From the NCBI GenBank assembly GCA_038087875.1, contig CM075987.1, forward strand, positions 22,942,001-23,006,000: 64,000 nt of DNA, read 5' to 3'. Every line of letters begins with the position of its first letter. Position 1 is the stretch's first letter. Both the position numbers and the translations under genes were made by a program. The stretch is from Malacoraja senta (Eukaryota). This document shows, one piece after another, positions 59,145 to 64,000 of this stretch. Below the pieces are notes generated by a model. It saw only the letters and a program-made list of their open reading frames with translations, was not told the DNA's origin and did not search any database.

Positions 59145-61096
59145 TAGAGCCAGGATTTTACCATGTGCCTTTTCGTGCCTTTTTTGATGATTTCACCAAG
59201 ATAATGCCTTTTTCACGATCGAGTGCCTAAATCAGCCTTTTTTTGCCGTTTTGCTAAAAGGTCGTGCTATTTTCTCTAGTTGCACCGTGATTACAATGAA
59301 GTTTTCGATGTTAACACGTTAATATTAATGTCATTATTAACGTGTTAACATAGTATCTTGCAAGAAAATTTCCACCACCGGGGCAAAATCAGGGGCGCCA
59401 CCGTCGGTCGTTCATTCGTTCGTGCCGCTGCCCGCTGGTTCAGTCTTCTCCAAGATCTATTTAAGAAAGAACTGCAGATATTGGAAAAATCTAAGGTATA
59501 CATAATATGCTGGAGAAACTCAACAGGTGAGGCAGCATCTATGGAGAGAAGGAATAGGCGACGTTTCAGGTCGAGACCCTTCTTCAGACTGATGTGGGGG
59601 AGGGGTGGGGGGCAGGAAAAAGAAAGGAAAAGCGGAGACAGTAGGACTAGAAGGAGAGCTGGGAAAAGTGAGGGGGAGGGGGGAAGAAGACAAGGGCTAT
59701 CTAAAATTAGAGAAGTCAATGTTGATACCGCTGGGGTGCAGACTACCCAAGCGAAATACCCAAGCTTGTCTCCTCACTACATTTACTGCTGGCTCCAGTC
59801 GCAAATCTGAGTTTTCGAGTGATCTTTGCAAGGCATTCATTGATGCTGGAATTCCACTGTGGAAATTGGAAAACAATTCTCTCACAGGTTTTTTTGAGAA
59901 ATACACAGAGGAACATAGACCAAGCAAGTCGTCATTACGGAAAAATTATGTTGACAGCAACTTCAACATTGTTGTGCAGAAAATTAGAGATGAAGTTGCA
60001 TGCAAGTATTTGTTGACATCAGACGAATTGGAGAAGTCAAACAGCTCAACTATTGCTCAGTTGTTTACATCTTCACTTGCTGTATTTTGGCCAAAAGGTA
60101 TAAAACACGATAATGTTCTTCTCTTTGTGACTGATGCAGCTCCGTACATGAAAAAAGCTGCTCATGCTCTTAAAGTTTTATTCCCCAAAATATTGCATTT
60201 GACATGCTTAGCTCAAGGACTTCATAGAATTGCCAAGCACATACGTAGCTTGTTTCCAAATGTCGATCGCCTAGTTTCCAATGTCAAGAAAATCTTCTTC
60301 AAAGCACCGTGACGTGTGCATTTGTTCAAGGAAATGGCACCCGAGATTCCGCTACCTCCTCAGCCTGTTTTGACTAGGTGGGGTACATGGCTCTCTGCTG
60401 TACTCTACTATGCTGCAAATTTTGAAAAGATAAAAGAAATCGTCAACTGTTTTGAAGAAAAATCTGCTGCAGTCAGGATCGTGCAGTGAAATCGTGCAGA
60501 AAAAGTCCCTCCTCCGCGACCTTGTGGTTATTGCTTCCAATTTTGCAAACTTCCCACAAGTTATCACTTCCCTTGAGAAACGTGGCGAAACATTAATGAA
60601 TAATTTGCAGGTTTTCAACAAAGTAACTGACGATATCCGTAAAATTCCTTGCGATGTAGGTAAAGATATGCAAGGAAAATGTGAGAGGGGGATTTTAGCT
60701 AACAAAGATCTTGAAGAAATACAAAACATAGCTAAAGTTCTCAAAGGTAATTGTTATGCACAAGATATCGATATAAATATAGAGTCTGTAGCTTGTTTCG
60801 GGTATGCACCAGTGACCTCAGCTGAGGTAGAAATAAGTTTTTCACAACTGAAGCATATTCTGTCTGACAGATGGCATAGTTTAACACCAGATAATTTGAT
60901 AAAAAATTATGTGCAACCAGACAACTTTGGTCATTTAATGTAGTATACCTTTATATTATCATTTTTAACCATATTTTGGTGGAAATAAATGCCTTTTTAT
61001 GCCTTTTTGGGTCAATAAATGCCCTTTTCGTAATTTTATTATGCCTTTTTGCCTGCCTATTTCAGAGTTTTTTAGCGCCTAAACATCCTGGCTCTA
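59145..61096 (+). mobile_element. Defective hAT transposon (DUF659/CGGBP-like transposase pseudogene at about 59760-60940)
   Basis: TIR TAGAGCCAGGAT / ATCCTGGCTCTA; degenerate 8-bp TSD TTTACAAC/TTTCTAAC; VTDAAPYM...TCLAQGLH...TRWGTWL...PVTSAEVEISFS; stop at 60310 and frameshift near 60480. Confidence 0.88.
59460..59760 (-). mobile_element. Penelope-like 3' end nested in the hAT element, with hammerhead motif
   Basis: VFRLGSLHPSGINIDFSNFR*, then on the minus strand CTGAAGAAGGGTCTCGACCTGAAACGTC. Confidence 0.75.
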
Positions 61097-61124
61097 TTTC
61101 TAACACAATGATAAGACACGTAAA

Positions 61125-61340
61125 ATAGACACAAAGTCCTGGAGTAACTCAGCAGGCCAGGCAGCATCTCCGGAGAAGGAATGGATGACGTTTCTGATCA
61201 AGACGCTTATTCAGACTGAAGAAAGGTCTCGACCCGAAACGTCACCCGTTCCTTCTCTCCAGAGATGCTGCCTGTCCCGCTGAGTTACTCCAGCATTTTG
61301 TTTCTATCTTCGGTGTGAACCAGCATCTGCAGTTCCTTCC
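61125..61340. mobile_element. Penelope-derived fold-back repeat
   Basis: Inverted arms centred on TTCAGACTGAA at about 61215. Confidence 0.75.
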
Positions 61341-63403
61341 GAAACGATAAGACAGGTAAAGCAGGTTCTGCAGGGATTCAAATAGGGGCTGTTATTCCGT
61401 AGATCCCAGTGCTTTAAGTGTGTGTTGATCATGGACTTGTCTGCGTTCCCCTGTTTGCAGCTGGATATGAACATTGGCATTTCCCTTGCGGGTGTTTGAA
61501 GCAAATACTGCAACTGTGATATTAAACTCTCACACCCTACAGCAGCACAGGGTTGCCGAGCTGATGGTATTTATATCCTATCCCTGTGACTGTGACAGTG
61601 ACTGTAGGAGGTTCCCAGGAGTGTGTCAATATTCACTGGGAATCTCCAGAAGGCTGACGGTATCTATGCAGGGACTTCCCTGTGGGTGACAACACATGAA
61701 GAGTCTCCTGAAGACTTGCAGAATGTAAATGGATCAGCAGGGGGCAGAGATATCAATATTTGTAGGAGCTTCTGCATTCCCTCTCTCTCTCTCTCTCTCT
61801 CTCCCTCCCCCACCCAAGTCCCACTAGCTTCTCGTTTCACCCTACAAACAGCTAACAATGGTCTACTTCCTCTATCATCGTTACTTTTTTGCATATATTT
61901 GATTCATTGTTCTTTATCTCTCCACATCGTCGTCTATATCTCTCGTTTCCCGTATCCCTAACCAGACTGAAGGGTCTCGACCCGAAACGTCACCCATTCC
62001 TTCTTTCCAGAGATGCCTGTCCCGCTGAGTTACTCCAGCTTTTTGTGTCTATCTTATGGTCATGTCCCCCCCCCCCCCCCCCCCGAATATGAGTCAATAT
62101 AGAACAGTACAGCACAGGAACAGGCCCTGTGACTCACACTGTCTGTCCTGAACATGATGCCAAGTTTTATAGATTATATCCTGCATTACCACTGCAGTCG
62201 AAGACCCCCAGAATCCTCACAGCACAATAATTTAATAACAAGGAACTGCAGATGCTGGTTTACCAAAGAAAGACACAACATGCTGGAGTAACTCAACGGG
62301 TCAGGCAGCATCTTTGGAGAACAGGGCTAAGTGATGACCCCCAAATGTCAACAATATTAACATAAAACAGTACAGCACAGGAACGGGCTCGTCGACCCAA
62401 GATGCCTAGTTCAGCTGATCTATATCCCTCTATTCCCTGCACTTCCATTGCCTATCTAAAAACCTCTTAACCACCACTATGGTACCTGCCTCCACCACCA
62501 CCCTCTGTGTAAAAGAACTTGCCCCACACTTCCCCATTAAACTTTCCCTCTCTCACCTTACAGCTACACCCTCTAGTGTAGACATTTCCATCTTGGAACA
62601 AAAATGATTCTGAGTGTCTACCCTATCTATCCCTCTCATGATTTTAATTACTTCTATCGGGTATCCCCTCAACCTCTGACGTTCCAGAGATGCTGCCTGA
62701 CCTGCCGAGTTATTCCAGCATTTTGTTTCTTCCTTGCCTCCAATAATTTCTGCCCCAAGTCCTTTCTCAGTTCCGTTGAAACGTTCTGGGCTAAGATCCT
62801 TTGGCTCTGCTGCCTTTATCCCGTTCTTTATTATCTGGGCCACCCCATCCTTCCTCTTCCATTTTGCCCTTTTCTTATAAGAGTTAAATATGCAAGAATT
62901 GCCACAGAAAGCTGTGGAGGCAAAGTCAGTGGATATATTTAAGGCAGAGACAGGTAGATTCTTGATTAGAACAGGTGTCAGAGGCTATGGGAGAAGGTAG
63001 GAGAATGGGGTTAGGTTGGAGAGATAGATCAGCCTTGATTGAATGGCAGAGCAGACTTGATGGGCGGAATGGTCTAATTCTGCTCCCATCACTTATGAAC
63101 TTTTAATTACCAACAATGGTCACATCTGGTGACAACCACATCTGTAACAGCTGGTTGAACATTTATGCACAACTTCCCGTCCAATCCTTATCTCCCACAC
63201 TGCTCCCACCAGTACACACTGCAGACAGGGCAGGAACCCAGGGATCACCCTAGGACAATGTACAGTCTGAGAGGAGATGGGTGGGCAGGATGGGCTGAAT
63301 AACCATTAGCTTCAGTAATGGGCTTAATATTAAGTAGATATTTAATGTTTTACAATCGTTTCCAATAAGTTTCATTTTTGTTGCCTGACAACGTACACTG
63401 TAG

Positions 63404-63482
63404 ATCCCGACCTCTTAATCCGATATATCGTACAACCAACCAAATCTATGGGAGTCAGCAGCCGACTGTTCATGAAATGCCG
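63404..63482 (+). CDS. PIERCE1: PIERCE1 exon 2 (remaining exon lies beyond window)
   Basis: ctgtag|A TCC CGA...ATG CCG|gtaagc; [22 protein letters not shown] resembles human VYRTSNQAYGSRAPTVHEMP; not in ORF track. Confidence 0.9.
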
Positions 63483-63589
63483 GTAAGCAAAGTAATCTCT
63501 GACATTAGCTGCTTTACTGTGGTGTCTGGTAATGTTTTAATAATCTATTGAAGTCAACTGTCCAATTTCAGATTCATAATTTATCGAAC

Positions 63590-63960
63590 GGATACCCCAG
63601 TGAGGGTCAGTGTGTGTGTGGGACCTGTACCCCAGTGAGGGTCAGTGTGCGAGTGTGTGGGACCTGTACCCCAGTGAGGGTCAGTCAGTGTGTGTGTGGG
63701 ATCTGTACCCCAGTGAGGGTCAGTGTGTGTGTGGGACCCGTACCCCAGTGAGGGTCAGTGTGTGTGGGACCTGTACCCCAGTGAGGGTCAGTGTGTGTGG
63801 GACCTGTACCCCAGTGAGGGTCAGTCAGTGTGTGTGTGGGACCTGTACCTCAGCGAGGGTCAGTGTGTGTGGGACCTGTACCCCAGTGAGGGTCAGTGTG
63901 TGTGTGGGACCCTTACCCCAGCGAGCGTCAGTCAGCGTGTGTGTGGGACTCTAACCCAAT
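63590..63960 (+). repeat. Minisatellite GGGACCTGTACCCCAGTGAGGGTCAGT(GT)n in PIERCE1 intron 2
   Basis: About 10 tandem units of 33-39 nt. Confidence 0.95.
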
Positions 63961-64000
63961 GCCCATGAAACCCATACTTGGGTAACAATCCAATACTGTA

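Overview
Vertebrate genomic DNA, most likely a cartilaginous fish (skate/ray; inferred from HE1-like V-SINEs, CR1 LINEs and Penelope-like repeats). I assembled four genes by hand from splice sites and reading phase: the last 7 coding exons of ADAMTS13 (+, TSP1 and CUB domains, stop at 9712); CACFD1/Flower (+, 5 exons, 11087 or 14464 to 25746); a complete 10-exon SLC2A6/GLUT6 (-, 46358 to 30574, 511 aa); and exons 1-2 of PIERCE1/C9orf116 (+). About 3 kb containing CACFD1 exon 1 appears twice, on either side of a 200-N gap, probably as two haplotypes. Introns are full of SINEs, CR1/L2/Rex LINE fragments, Penelope-derived fold-backs, and hAT and Harbinger DNA transposons. Most interesting observations: (1) minimal hammerhead-ribozyme motifs in the Penelope-derived repeats, including a tandem triple; (2) a minisatellite built from repeated copies of the CACFD1 exon-1 splice donor; (3) a 36-bp perfectly palindromic hAT mini-element with an 8-bp TSD; (4) a hAT transposase fossil resembling arthropod elements; (5) an RFX/forkhead/NF-Y module at the PIERCE1 promoter. 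Gene identities rest on recalled human protein sequences; no database searches were run.
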